A stretch of 62,151 bases of DNA, filler included, from Dugesia japonica (taxonomy: Eukaryota), in assembly GCA_001938525.1 (NCBI GenBank). It is 6 parts of 6 records of this genome, joined end to end, with 100 filler letters (N's around TTAATTAATTAA, not from the genome) between each part and the next. Parts side by side here need not be neighbours in the genome. Positions count along the whole stretch, not along the records: positions 33,596 to 43,685 come from MQRL01642478.1; positions 43,786 to 52,942 come from MQRL01454829.1; 4 more parts are not named here. One strand, given 5' to 3'. Below the pieces are notes generated by a model. It made no database searches. It saw only the letters and a program-made list of their open reading frames with translations, and had not been told where the DNA came from. Made by a program: the position numbers and the translations under genes. Of this stretch, positions 38,020-49,600 are shown piece after piece (the first letter of the stretch is position 1; each line of letters starts with the position of its first letter).

Positions 38020-39575
38020 AGTGGCGCACTGTTCAAAGACGAACACATTTCTCAGGAGACTACTAAAAACTCCGAAAACAGTGGGTTACTCTTAGGCGGA
38101 CTCCTTAAAAATTACCTATCCAAAAGCCCCTTCTCAATGTCAATCTCCACTCGATCCAAAAGAAAATTACAGAAATCTCTCAAGACCTACTAGCCCCTGT
38201 TCATGATATCAATGTTAATAACAAAAAGTTAATTCCGTCCTTACACGAAAGACTCCAGAAAGCTTCCAATCTTCATAATAAACTCTTCTCCAAGTCTCCT
38301 GACATCGAGACTGAATTCACAAAATTTATTCACTCCCACATCAAATCAAAAAACTCAGCAAGTCCACTAAAACTTTCAAAAAGAAAGATTTCTTTAACGT
38401 CAAACTCAGATCTGACTACAACAGCTCTCCTTTTTGAATCTCCCTGGAATAGCATTTCAAAGAAAAATCACCGTGCGACTTTACTATAAACTGGTATTCT
38501 CTTGGTTGTACCCGCAGGGGTCCGAGCTTCAAATTCTCGTGCATCAATTAGGATTCCATAATAAACACCATCAAAAAATGCAACAAGAGCTGCCCAGGAC
38601 TCAGCAATGTCTCGTATAGAGATATTCTCCTGTGCGACCCTAAAGCTCAAGTACTGGGTTTACGCTTCAACAAAATCTTGAAAATCAATAGCATCTCAAA
38701 TAGATGGCACAAATTTATGACTATCTTAATTCCGAAGCCAGGAAAAAGAAATTATCAAGATGTTACGGCATGGCGTCCAATAGCACTTCTCCAGTGCATC
38801 TAAAAAAATTTTACTTTGTGCCTCACTGACCAAATAAAAAGTTGGATCTATCAAAACAGCCTCATCCATCCGCCCCAAAAAGCACAGGCTCGTTTAAGGG
38901 ATGTTGAGAGCACAACGACATCATTCGTGTTCTGTTCGAAGATTGAAGTAGAAATAAATCCAGAGAACTTCGCCTAGCATATTTAAACATCAAGGATGCA
39001 TATGGATCCATTCCAATTTCTCATATTTCATGAATTCTTTGCAGTATGGGAATGGTCAAAACGTCTATCGAACTTTTAGAGAATCTCTACTAGAATTGTT
39101 CATCAACTTAATTCTGCGACGTCATCATTACCACTTTCATTCCTGTAGCAAGAGGCGTCCGTCAAGGATGCCCGTTGTCTATGATTCTCTTTAATATAGG
39201 TCTCTATCCTGTTCTAGAAGAATCCATCTCTATCGTTAATGAAGGTGTCGAAATTGCTTCTCGTAGTATTTCCATGATCACATATGCAGACGACATTGTT
39301 CTTATATCAAAAGATCAAAAAACCTTCCAAAATATGGTAAACTCAGTCACGCAATGGGCTGACTAAAGTGGTCTCAAATATAACCCAGCAAAATGCTGGT
39401 ATCAGACTTCTCATTACATCGGAGAAAATCAAATTACCATCTATGGAAAAGCTATTCCAAATTTGCTATATCTTGACACGTACCAGTATCTTGGCGTTGA
39501 TATTGGCAAAGATAGGAAACAAACGTCAAAATTGCTTTTCAAATCAATCATTTCAACATCAATTGAAGGTAAAAC
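38020..39575 (+). mobile_element. Non-LTR retrotransposon reverse transcriptase (NeSL/R2-like), degenerate
   Basis: ILIPKPGK...WRPIALLQ; GC*EHN; LNIKDAYGSIP; RGVRQGCPLSMILFN; YADDIVLI; GLKYNPAKC; YQYLGV. Confidence 0.9.
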
Positions 39576-41113
39576 ACGTGGCGGCTACATAACACGTACA
39601 CAGCAATAGATAATCAGCCCAGTTGTACGGAACTGCTAGAACTCTAAGAAAACAAATATATTTTTGTACGGTAGCCTTAAAAAACGCGAGGACAGTAACT
39701 TTCAACACTTGTTACTAAGTGGTGGTTGTATTACTGCCGATACTTGGTGAGATAATATCTTTCCAGGTAGCTTCTCGATATTACTGGACAAGGCTGACCA
39801 TAGCTGATGGATTTCATGAGGATTACGGTAACTTGAAAAAGTATAGGCCCACACAGGAGTTACTAAAGGGTAGTAGAAAAGGTAGATACTTGTCATATAA
39901 TACTCCAAGAATACTTGTTTACGCCAACGTGTAATGAGACATTATGATAACCTGTATGATTAAATGCTGTCGCTTTACCTAATAGCCAGTATTGGATATG
40001 AACCTTAATAAACTTTTCAACCCTTACTGAGTAGATTTTATTTCCTTAAGACAATTAATGACTCTAACTACAAAACACGACTAAACTTATTAATATATTA
40101 TTGGGATTTTAAATAATTGGTTATTAGGATATTATTGGTTTTATATTATTGGGATTAATTACTATGGCAGCGGTATTATTGATATTACTAAAGTGGTAAC
40201 CATAGAAATAGAAGTAAAGCAAGCGAGTTTGGTAAATAGGACCCATACCAAAGGAATACGAGCAAGCACTCGAACTACGGATTGCGAGTCTCCGGCTCTA
40301 TTACGAAAATCTAAATTTGTGACTTTAGATCAAATTCTTCACGGGATTTCGCTGGGCTACGATACCTTAGATAAAATGTCAGAAATTGAGTTGCTTAGAT
40401 GGAACCCCAACATCATTATACACTGTATTGGTATTAATTGATTATTTATTTCTCTTTATAATTAATTGCTAATATTGCCTTGTACGTTACATTTGCTTTA
40501 ATTAGTTGTTTCTTCCTTATTATGATAAATTGTTTTCGGATATGTTAATATTTCGTGTTAATATTCGTTCTTGAATATATCCCTTGTTATCGTAATCAAA
40601 GTGTTATTTTTCTTTTGTGCATATCCATAATAATTTCTCCTTGGCTGTTGTTTATGGTTATTATCAGTTGTTGTAAGTTGAAGTTTTTATTGTTTTTATA
40701 TTTATGAATACTGTTCATTGTTCAATATCTGCTTGTTCAATATTGCGTATTTGATGATGGAGGTAAATTAAATTACGCTTAAGTGTCTAAATGTCTTATA
40801 TTTGTGATAAATGGGGAAGGAATTGGGATTTGGTCATGATTTATTAATCCAATGCAAAAGGTTGCTGGCGTGTTTTGTATTTCTACTCATATATTATTTA
40901 CTACTGAGCTGATAACTTCTTCAAGAAAGAGAGTGGGTAGATGTGAGCTCTTCAGGACAGACCCTCACACTGACGTAACAATTACAAAGTATTTATAAAG
41001 TTTTATTATGTAACAATTCGTATGTAAGCACTCTAGGGCAGTGATTTTTAACAGAGAATCAGCAAATAATATTTGAGGGGGCCACAAATTCTTTATTATA
41101 AACTCTGAAAAAA

Positions 41114-43090
41114 TTAAAATTNTTCTATTGGGAGTTCAAAGTTTCGATTTAAATCTTTATCTTGATCGAAAACCCATTGCATTTCTCCAGTTGGTAATAA
41201 TTCACACATTGCTGATGAATACAAAGAATTTGCATCATAATACATTAAATAGTTTTCTTTTAAATATGGTTTAAATAATGAATTTAATTTTGACGCTCGT
41301 AGTGGATCCTCACTTATTTTATTAAACATGTATTATTTTGATATATTCTTTTGTTTTATTTTATTAAAAAATTTATCATGAGCTGGTAATTTAGTTTCTT
41401 GCATAATTTCTTCTTTTTTATTAAATGAGTTTTATGTTCTTATATAAGCATATGGAAATATTCCTTTTAATGGTTTTAGATTATATTTATTTAAATGTAC
41501 ACATTCTTCTGGTTTAAAGTTTTTGCCGAAATCTTGTAATGAATTTGGCAATAATCTTAAAGAGTCTAAAATTCTAATACATCCAATTGGAAGTGAAATA
41601 TATTCTTCATCATTTTTACACAAAACATTTGCTCTTTTGTGTGCCCCTTTCGGGTTTTTAATTTCTTCTTTTTCAAAACGTTAAGTAAATATTAAATGTA
41701 AATCATTTTTACATCCATTATGAAAATACATTGGAACAAAATCAAATTTAGCTTTTAAGTTACAACTATTACAAGACAAACTCTAAAGTTTCCATTGAAA
41801 TGATCGTGATCTGCAACTTTATTTTCTGTTAGCTCTTTATTACAATAATAACAATTACATTTCTCGGGCTTATTTAAAATTTTTGAGATCGGAATATTTG
41901 TTTTTAATAATTGTTGAAATTCATTTTCTAAAGATAAAAACACATCAATAAACTTTTCTGCTGAATCTTCTCCATAATATTCAATATATTCTGATTTTTT
42001 TTAAATGCTCATAATAGCTTAAAATATAAATTCCAATCGATAAAGGTTTTTCTTCTAGGAGATGGGGCCCTTTGGGATCTCCATTTAAATTATTAAAACA
42101 TTNNNNNNNNNNNNNNNNNNNNNNNNNNNNNNNNNNNNNNNNNNNNNNNNNNAAATGTAACTTTATTTTTAAAATGATGTTTATTAAAATATAAATATTC
42201 ATCTTCAGGAAATATATTTATTGCTGTTTTATTATTTAAACATAATCTTTGGTTAGTATTTAAACAGTTCTTTGTTCTAAATCCAATTCTACAATTTAAA
42301 CATGGAAATGATTTATTTCTAGAACAATTTATAAATACACTTACAATGGAACAAAATATATAATGTTCTTTGAAAATAAATAAATTTGTATAATGGTTCG
42401 CTTCAAGATCTGTTGGTAGCCAATAATAATGATTTAGAATAATTGGTTTAATTTGTCTTGTTTCATTAATTTCAAATATGTTAACTTTAATATTTTCATT
42501 GTTTTTATTAAATTGTTTTACATAATTAATTGAAACTGGTAAATCTTCAACTGAATTCATTAGATTTTTAGTTTCTTTATAACTTTGATTAGTATATTTT
42601 AATGAATTAATTATTGAATGATAAAAACATTTATTGTTATTGTAATTTTCGTTAAATAATACTTTTGATTTAAATGGTAATTCTTTAAATGTTCAACCTA
42701 AAGGAGATGTATATTCGCCAAAAAAATTTCTATTGAATCTACATTTTGAATAATTAATCCAATTTCATATCCAATTTAATTTCAATGAAGTTATTAAACA
42801 AAACTTTTCATGAGTTAGCAATCCAAATTTTGATTTAAATACTTTGTTACATTTTAAACATTTAAATTCTTTTATTTCTTTTTCTTTATTTATTCCACAG
42901 AATTTTTTATGAGTGGTTAATCCATTTGGTTTTTAAAAAACTTTATTACATTTATCACATTTAAATTCATTAATAATATTTTCAATTTGAATTGATGGAA
43001 AACATTTTTTATTTTTTTTAATGTGTTGATTTAAATCATTTTGTTTTTTAAAATTTTATTGCATTTAGCACAAACAATTGTTGAAGACAT
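41114..43090 (-). pseudogene. Polinton protein-primed DNA polymerase B (N-terminus to motif A, internally deleted) preceded by three zinc fingers
   Basis: KCFYHSII; EHYIFC...FPCLNCRIGF...QRLC; CYYC...DHDHFNGNFR; YFHNG; RILDSLRLLPNSL; KGIFPYAY; YYDANSLYSSAM...LPTG; fingers CAKCNK, CDKCNKVF, CLKCNKVFKSKFGLLTHEKFC. Confidence 0.88.
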
Positions 43091-43254
43091 TTTAAGTATA
43101 AATAATTTAACTAAATAGATTTTTTAAAATTAATTGTTACCGTGGTAATAGGTTTTTATTTTATTTTTTAAATTTAATTTAACAAAAGAAAGATGCGCGC
43201 ATCACTTTTTTAATTTTTATTTTAATTTTAGTTTAAATTTAAATCCAAAGCTAG

Positions 43255-43400
43255 AGTAATGGTAATACGGGCGGCTTATGTTTTTAGGCTGCCGCTATTA
43301 ATATTTTTTTCTTCTATTTACAACGGTGTTTAAAGGTGGTTAATTTCAGATGTCAGGTCAAGCATCGAGCCTGCCTAGGTGCCCCCATATTACCATTACT
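43255..43400. mobile_element. 146-bp cassette with AGTAATGG inverted termini, upstream of PolB
   Basis: AGTAATGGTAATACGGG (43255-43271) matches the reverse complement of 43384-43400 at 16/17. Confidence 0.7.
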
Positions 43401-43685
43401 AATTTTGATGAAAAATCCATTGATTCGATACAAAATCATTTTTAATTACCAGTTTATAAAAAACCAATTTTGGATGTTATGGGTCGAAAATTGAAAAAGA
43501 TGCCAAAATCAATAAAGTGTCGTATCAAGATTGCTTTAAATGGTTTTAAAAAAATGAATAATAACCACTTTATGATTCCTTGATGGGATATCAAGCAAAT
43601 AGCCTATGAATATCAATGATATGTTGTATGATAACTTTATTTGCTATAATAAAATATTTTTTGTCATGTTTGCCAAATTTATTTT

Positions 43686-43785
43686 NNNNNNNNNNNNNNN
43701 NNNNNNNNNNNNNNNNNNNNNNNNNNNNNTTAATTAATTAANNNNNNNNNNNNNNNNNNNNNNNNNNNNNNNNNNNNNNNNNNNN
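43686..43785. other. Artificial contig linker
   Basis: Same N44-TTAATTAATTAA-N44 spacer. Confidence 0.95.
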
Positions 43786-44284
43786 ATAATAAAATATTAT
43801 AATAAAATAATAAAATATTATTTCCAAATATAAAATTATTTTAATCAATTTTTATTGGTTAAAAAATTTTCATAATTAATTTTTAATATTTCCTTGTTAA
43901 AGTATTTTAAATTTGAATGTTTAAATTACTTAAATTCATGTAAAAAAATTGTTTTTACTACATACAAATTTATCGAAATAATAACAAAATTTAAACTATT
44001 TTAATTGAAATTTTGTATTTAATTTTTCAAATAATTAAACAAACATATTTGTTTACTGTTTTGTTTATCTTTATAAAGTAAACAACGCAAATTTAATACA
44101 AATCATGGAGTTCTTATTATAAATATTTTATATTATCAAAATTTATTATTGCATAATTAGTTAATATTTATTTAACTTTTATCACAATTTTAATTTGAAA
44201 TTATGTCAAGTTATTAGTTTTAGAGAATTATCTACCATCAATTATAAAATGATTTTTCTCTTTTGTATATAATAACCGTAAAAC

Positions 44285-44691
44285 ATGTCTAAAGAAAGTA
44301 ATGATGAAGAAATCTCAAATAAAAGCGATCATACTGTAAATAGTAAAATAAATGAAATGGAAGCCGCTGGTGAATCTTCACTGCTTAATTCAATTGTTGA
44401 AGCTGTTATGAGGGGAGACATGAATCAAGTTGTAACGTTGGCGTTATCTCATAGAAGTAGTGATCAGAAAGTCAAGACTATGGTAGATCAAGCTCTTTCA
44501 TCTGCAATATCTAATAAGGCCAAACTTAAAGAGAAAACAGTAAATTATTTTAACATTTTTGCCATAATCCAATTAAAACAGGAATGTGAAGCTTTGACTG
44601 AAAGTGGAGAAATGCTTACAAGTAATACAATAAAATCGGTAGAGGACATTACGTTAACTGAACAAGTTACAAAGTCACTAAATACGATTAA
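44285..44691 (+). CDS. Host gene exon 1 (uncharacterised large, probably nuclear protein)
   Basis: AAACATG start; phase-2 donor GTTTGT at 44692 is compatible with the next acceptor. Confidence 0.75.
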
Positions 44692-45449
44692 GTTTGTTTA
44701 ATACTTTTTTTAGAGTTTATTTATGTGATTTTTGCTTAATTAATTTAATATTAAATATATCATAAGCATAATTTGAAGTTCTTCTATAGTTCTTTCTGAT
44801 TGTTGCATAATTATAATAGCATTAAACAGTAAAGAGTTAAATGATATATGTTAATTATTAATTTAAAATTATAATAGTTTGAAATTTTTTATTTTTATGG
44901 AACGTTAAAGTCATTTTTAATAGTGAATGTAATATTCTAATAATGAAAAAATTAATCAAGCTTCTATTTAATAATTTTTTTATTTAGTTTTATTTGCTGA
45001 TGAAATTTAAACTTATTTAACCTATTACTTTTCGATAATTGAAGTTTCCGAGAACATTTTTGTTAAGAAGCTAGATTTTTATGCACCATTAAAGTAAATG
45101 GATTAATTAATTAAGACTTGTTTGAGGTAATATTTTAAATGTATAAGTTAAGCAATACATAATCGTAAATTCTGCAATAAATCGTTTAAAAAAATTAGCA
45201 CATTTATTTTTATCATTAATCTGTTAACATAATTGCACTATTTTTGAAATTTTTTATGAAATCACTAAATATTTTTTAAATATTTAATATTCCACATTTT
45301 TATATTTGGATAAAATAATTATTAAAAAATATAAGTATTAATAAATACTTGTTTGTAATTTTGAATCTGTTCATATTATAATTTCATTAATGAGATTTTA
45401 ATTTTAAAAAATATATAATGGAAATATGATTTTTATCAATATTTTGCAG

Positions 45450-45660
45450 ACAATGTAATCAATCTTTAGTGACTTCTGAAAGTATAATTTACTCTCAAAG
45501 AAATCAGATAAAATTAAATGAAAATAAAGAAGTTCCATGTACATATTATTTCTCAAATGATTCTATAATATCTTCCAATGGTTCAAATATTAATTCAAAT
45601 GGTAATACGGCTCTTTATTGTCAATCAGACTATTCGACACAAAATACAGATTTAGAAAAT
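45450..45660 (+). CDS. Host gene exon 2
   Basis: TTTTGCAG acceptor and GTAAGT donor; phases 2 and 0 agree with both neighbouring exons. Confidence 0.8.
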
Positions 45661-45881
45661 GTAAGTGATCAAAAAAATTTTCAAAATATAAGTAAAAGTA
45701 AAGAGCTTAAATCAAAATATTCTTTTAATTTTTATCAAAAACTTGAAAAAATTAAGATTTATTATTTTAAATTAATGTCCAGTTCAACATCGCTCTTAAA
45801 ATTATTTTATTGATTGTTTATTGAGATTGCATAATTGAAATTATATAGTCATAGTAAATAGTTTGTTTTATTATTTTTAAA

Positions 45882-45922
45882 TTGCCTGATGATGACGGTT
45901 ATATCGTCGAAATTAATCGCAC
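45882..45922 (+). ncRNA. Minimal type I hammerhead ribozyme (Penelope-type)
   Basis: TGC-CTGATGA-T-GACG(GTTATAT)CGTC-GAAA-TTAA-TC-GCA: intact core, 4-bp stem II, palindromic stem III, AUC cleavage triplet, followed by AATAAA. Confidence 0.7.
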
Positions 45923-46685
45923 TTAATAAATATTTTAAAAAATCGTGTTCTATTTATTTGAAAAAAATACCATTATTTTTAACATTTTATATTGAAAAAT
46001 AAAATCAATGGATCAGTTAAATAATTACCTAAAAATATCTGTAGCTTTAAAAATAAATTAGACAAAAATATATTAACTCTACAGTGTGAATTGATGCACA
46101 TGCACCGAAAGAAAAATGCCGACCGCATTTTTCTTTGATATTTGATTACACAACAGCATAAACAACAACTTTTGCACTGTTCCTAACAGAAATAAAGATC
46201 ACAGTACCATTGAAGATAATTATTTTTTACTTTTTTATGCACAATTCTTTTAATTTATATATTTTTATTTTTGGTTAATCTCAATTACATTACATTCTAA
46301 ACTTCATTGCAACACGAGAATAATCTTTGAGTTATTTAAAAAAAACAAAAAGATGATTTTTTATTAATGTGTATATATATCCAGTGACCCGAATAGTATT
46401 CTTAATAGTCACATTTTTTTTACTTTGATCCGCAGCTAAAAAATGGATGCTGACTCCTTATTTAGACATTCAATTTTTTTTAATTTAAAAATTATATAGA
46501 ATTATTTTCGATTAAATCATCATTTAGAATTAAAAGAAGGAAATTTTAACTGTTTGAATTTTTCGAAACTAATTCAGCATTTTAATATTAATTAATTTAA
46601 ATAAATAAATCGTTTAATGACGAATTTTGAGATTTTTTAAATTTTTATTTATTTTGAATATCATTTTTATTAATTAAATGTTTAG

Positions 46686-49600
46686 CATCCTGATGATTCA
46701 TTGAACAATACTTTGTCACAGTATCAGATCACAAATTCTACATTACAAAATGTGGAGTCAATAAATACGTTAAGCATGTCTCAACAATCTGTTCAGGTTC
46801 AACTACCAGGTATTGGGAATTTTTTGCTTCATATTCCTTCAAATTTCAAACCTGGTGAGCCAATAACTTTACCTTTAAATTTACCTCTAACTCCAGTTTC
46901 TCAACCATCTGGTGTTAATCCTATATCAATACATATGAATACTGGTCAACTAATGTCAAATCAGTTGCTTTCACTTTATAGTCCGTCCTCAAATATTAAT
47001 ATAACAGCTGGTAAAAAAATGAGAGCTATAGCTCCAAAACCTTCTAAACCAACATATCGCCAGCCGTTAATTGCTCCCAAAACGAGTAGTCCAAATACAT
47101 CAATTAACAATCAAGATAGCTTGAATAGTTCCACGCTTCCGGCCCCATCCGGTCCTGGCAGACGCAAAGGTAATAAAGGTAAAAAATCTGGTCGTAAGAG
47201 AGGTGCTCCAGCAAAATCCCATAAAAATTCCAGCTATGCTTCTTCAACGCATAGTATAGATAGTCAAGAGGCATGTCAGTATAATGAAAATAATTCACTG
47301 AAACAAAACTGCAATAATTCTTTGAATACCCGTAGTACATATCAATGCAATTATTATGTAAATAACGATTCATCAGATTATTTAAATCAGCCGCATGTTG
47401 CTATATCACATTCTTTTAACGAAATTAATTCAAATACTCTATTGGATAATTCTGATTCTGGCGAAAAAGATCTTCTTTCCTTGGCTTGGGAAATATCTAA
47501 TGCAGAGTTAAGTAATACTGATGATTTTACAACTGCGTACAATTTATATGATGCCAGCAACTTGGGTACAGATGGTTTTGTGTCAAGTGAAATTCTCGAC
47601 CAATTTTTACAAAATATTCAAAAGGATGATATTACAGAACTAACTAGGTGTTCCACAACCCAGATAAACATTGATTCCAGAGTATCTTATGCATCTTCTT
47701 TCACTACCTTACCCCCGTGTAGTACAGTTTTACCATCAGTAACAACTTCTACATATTTAAATAATTATTCAAATAATTCATCCAATATTGAAATGCCACA
47801 GTGCATTGAAATTGCTGAAGTTGTTAATCTCAATACTGAAGATATGTTGACTGAACTTGAAAAAGAAGAGAATGCTTTTCTTGATAAATTTGTCGCACAA
47901 TATAGTGGTAGTCATCAAAATGAACTTATAAGATGCGATTCTCAATCTGTGATTCCTGTTTCTTTACCGACAACTATTGAATGTCCTATAATTTCAAAAA
48001 TTAATGATAACATTCTTAAAGACATAGATTCAAATTGCCGATCTAATTTAATAATTGAAGATTCAGAGAAGGAAATAGATTTGAATATAAAAGAATCTAA
48101 CGAACTTTCGGAGATTGCCAAACAAATTGAAATATCATGTAGTTCTTCACAACAAGATTCCGAAGCAACACTTAAGTCTAAGATTTATAGTATGTGTGAA
48201 AGCTCGGATGGTCAAAGTAAAATAGATATTTTTTCTAAAGAAAATGATCATATTTCGGAAGCAAACTTTAGTAATAATACTAATAATACTATTAGCTTTT
48301 GTACTATTCCTAATACTTCTATAGAGCTTATTTATTCTTCTACAAATGATGCATTATTAGATGAAAAAACTCAATGCTTGATGTCAATAAATTTCGATTC
48401 AAAGCGTAACAACGAGTCATCATTCTACGTTACTGATTCTGCATTAAAGTCTAAAACATTAGATGATTTTGGTTTATTTGAGTTTTGCACAGATGGAGAA
48501 ATTTCTTTAAATATGAAAACCTTAAATCATGAATCAGCAAATACTATTATTGATGATGACAACAAATATATTGAACCACCTATTTTAGAAGATATATCAG
48601 ATGCTACACCTATACAATCAGATAATGAAAGTGAGGATGAAGATATCGATGAATATGCTTTTAAATTTTCAAGGTTTAATTATTTTAATAGTAGAATAAA
48701 TAAAATGAAAAAAATACAATTTGATCTCACTAAAAAATTGTACTTTAATGATTTTATAAAAAATACACCAAGTTTAAAACTTTTTCAAAAATATGACTTA
48801 ACTCAAAATCAGTCTAAAAATTGGTATATTGGTAATGACGAACTTAAAATACTCGATATATTTTCTAAAGTAAATTTAAGAAGCGAAGAACATGTTTTAA
48901 ATGACAATGTTTGTTGTGAAAGTAAGTCAATTGAGGATTTTCACAATTTGACAAAATCGTCGGAAGATGGTTCGATTTCTTTTAAAAATGTTGATGATGT
49001 AATTTGTAATACAAAATTAAATGATAAAACGGAAAATGATTTTAATATGTTAGTAGTGTTAGAAAGCAACATCGAAAATAATAATGAAAAAACAATTTTA
49101 ATTGGAAATCAAACAAATATGATTTGTACAAAAATGAATTGTGATATTACAAAAGATTTTGAAAACATGTCTACAAGTTTCATTGAAGATAATGTTAAAG
49201 ATAAAATCCAAAAGATTAGAACTGATGAGTTAGATGTTGATTATTGTCCCATAAATAAATCACAGAAATACAAAGTTAAAAATACAGTATGTAGTACATT
49301 AAAAAAACAGAAGAAAGGGAAAAAATCCGAAAAAGTAATTCATCCTCCTAAAGAATTTAAAATTAATAAAATTGAAAATATGTTTGATATTCCAAGAGAT
49401 AGGCAAAGGCGTCTTAGAAAACCTCCTAAAAAATTGGCCATTTATCAATCTATTAATTTTATTGAAAATAAATTTTCTATAGCTATTGATAAAAAAATGA
49501 ATTCTAAGCGAAAGGCTGAATTTTCAGAAAAGCAAAAGTTAAGTACAGATTTTAAGCGATGCACTCGTTCCAAAGGTTCTATATCTAAATCCTTTGACTC

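Noticed and set aside
39590-41080. LTR-like stretch ending GTAACA at 40980 and a hAT-like end near 41039
   Set aside because: No partner terminus, TSD or second copy could be established
47104-47373. Antisense ORFs within large coding regions (also 50680-50862, 53187-53438, 21899-22177, 31182-31439)
   Set aside because: Shadow frames of real genes or transposon ORFs, with no motifs of their own
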